Below are positions 45,155 through 45,190 of a stretch of DNA of 45,190 nucleotides, piece by piece. The first letter of the stretch is position 1, and each line of letters opens with the position of its first letter. The notes below the pieces were generated by a model that did no database searches, was not told the origin of the DNA, and saw nothing but the letters and a program-made list of their open reading frames with translations. The stretch comes from Octopus bimaculoides (lineage: Eukaryota): the NCBI RefSeq assembly GCF_001194135.2, contig NC_068989.1, positions 48,815,389 to 48,860,578 of the forward strand, read 5' to 3'. The position numbers and the translations under genes were made by a program.

Positions 45155-45190
<36 letters not shown>

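Overview
AT-rich, repeat-dense animal genomic DNA from a draft assembly with six N gaps (531-580, 3712-4537, 11618-11627, 13449-14149, 38152-38165, 44556-44670). The SINE families point to an octopod cephalopod, probably Octopus (inference from recalled repeat sequences, no database search). I found no host protein-coding gene, rRNA, true tRNA or CRISPR array that I can support, so the window looks intronic or intergenic. Recognisable content: (i) RTE-clade LINE pieces, comprising an endonuclease remnant (~19.9-20.5 kb), several 5'-truncated RT/3'UTR copies ending in (GAT)n (some nearly identical and probably young), and an older RTE remnant; (ii) a non-LTR C-terminus with a restriction-like endonuclease (R4/Dong-like) sitting in (TAA)n; (iii) an L2/CR1-type remnant; (iv) three mariner remnants and two TTAA-flanked piggyBac-like MITEs; (v) at least three tRNA-derived SINE families in about 25 copies; (vi) many microsatellites. 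The most interesting structure is in how the repeats are organised: same-orientation retroposon stacks in (AAT)n, modular amplification of an RTE 3'UTR stem-loop, a codon-phased minisatellite grown from an RTE C-terminus, SINEs with one head and two different tails, and close inverted SINE pairs. I see no strong evidence for a new multi-gene system. A few isolated exon-like segments are flagged at low confidence.
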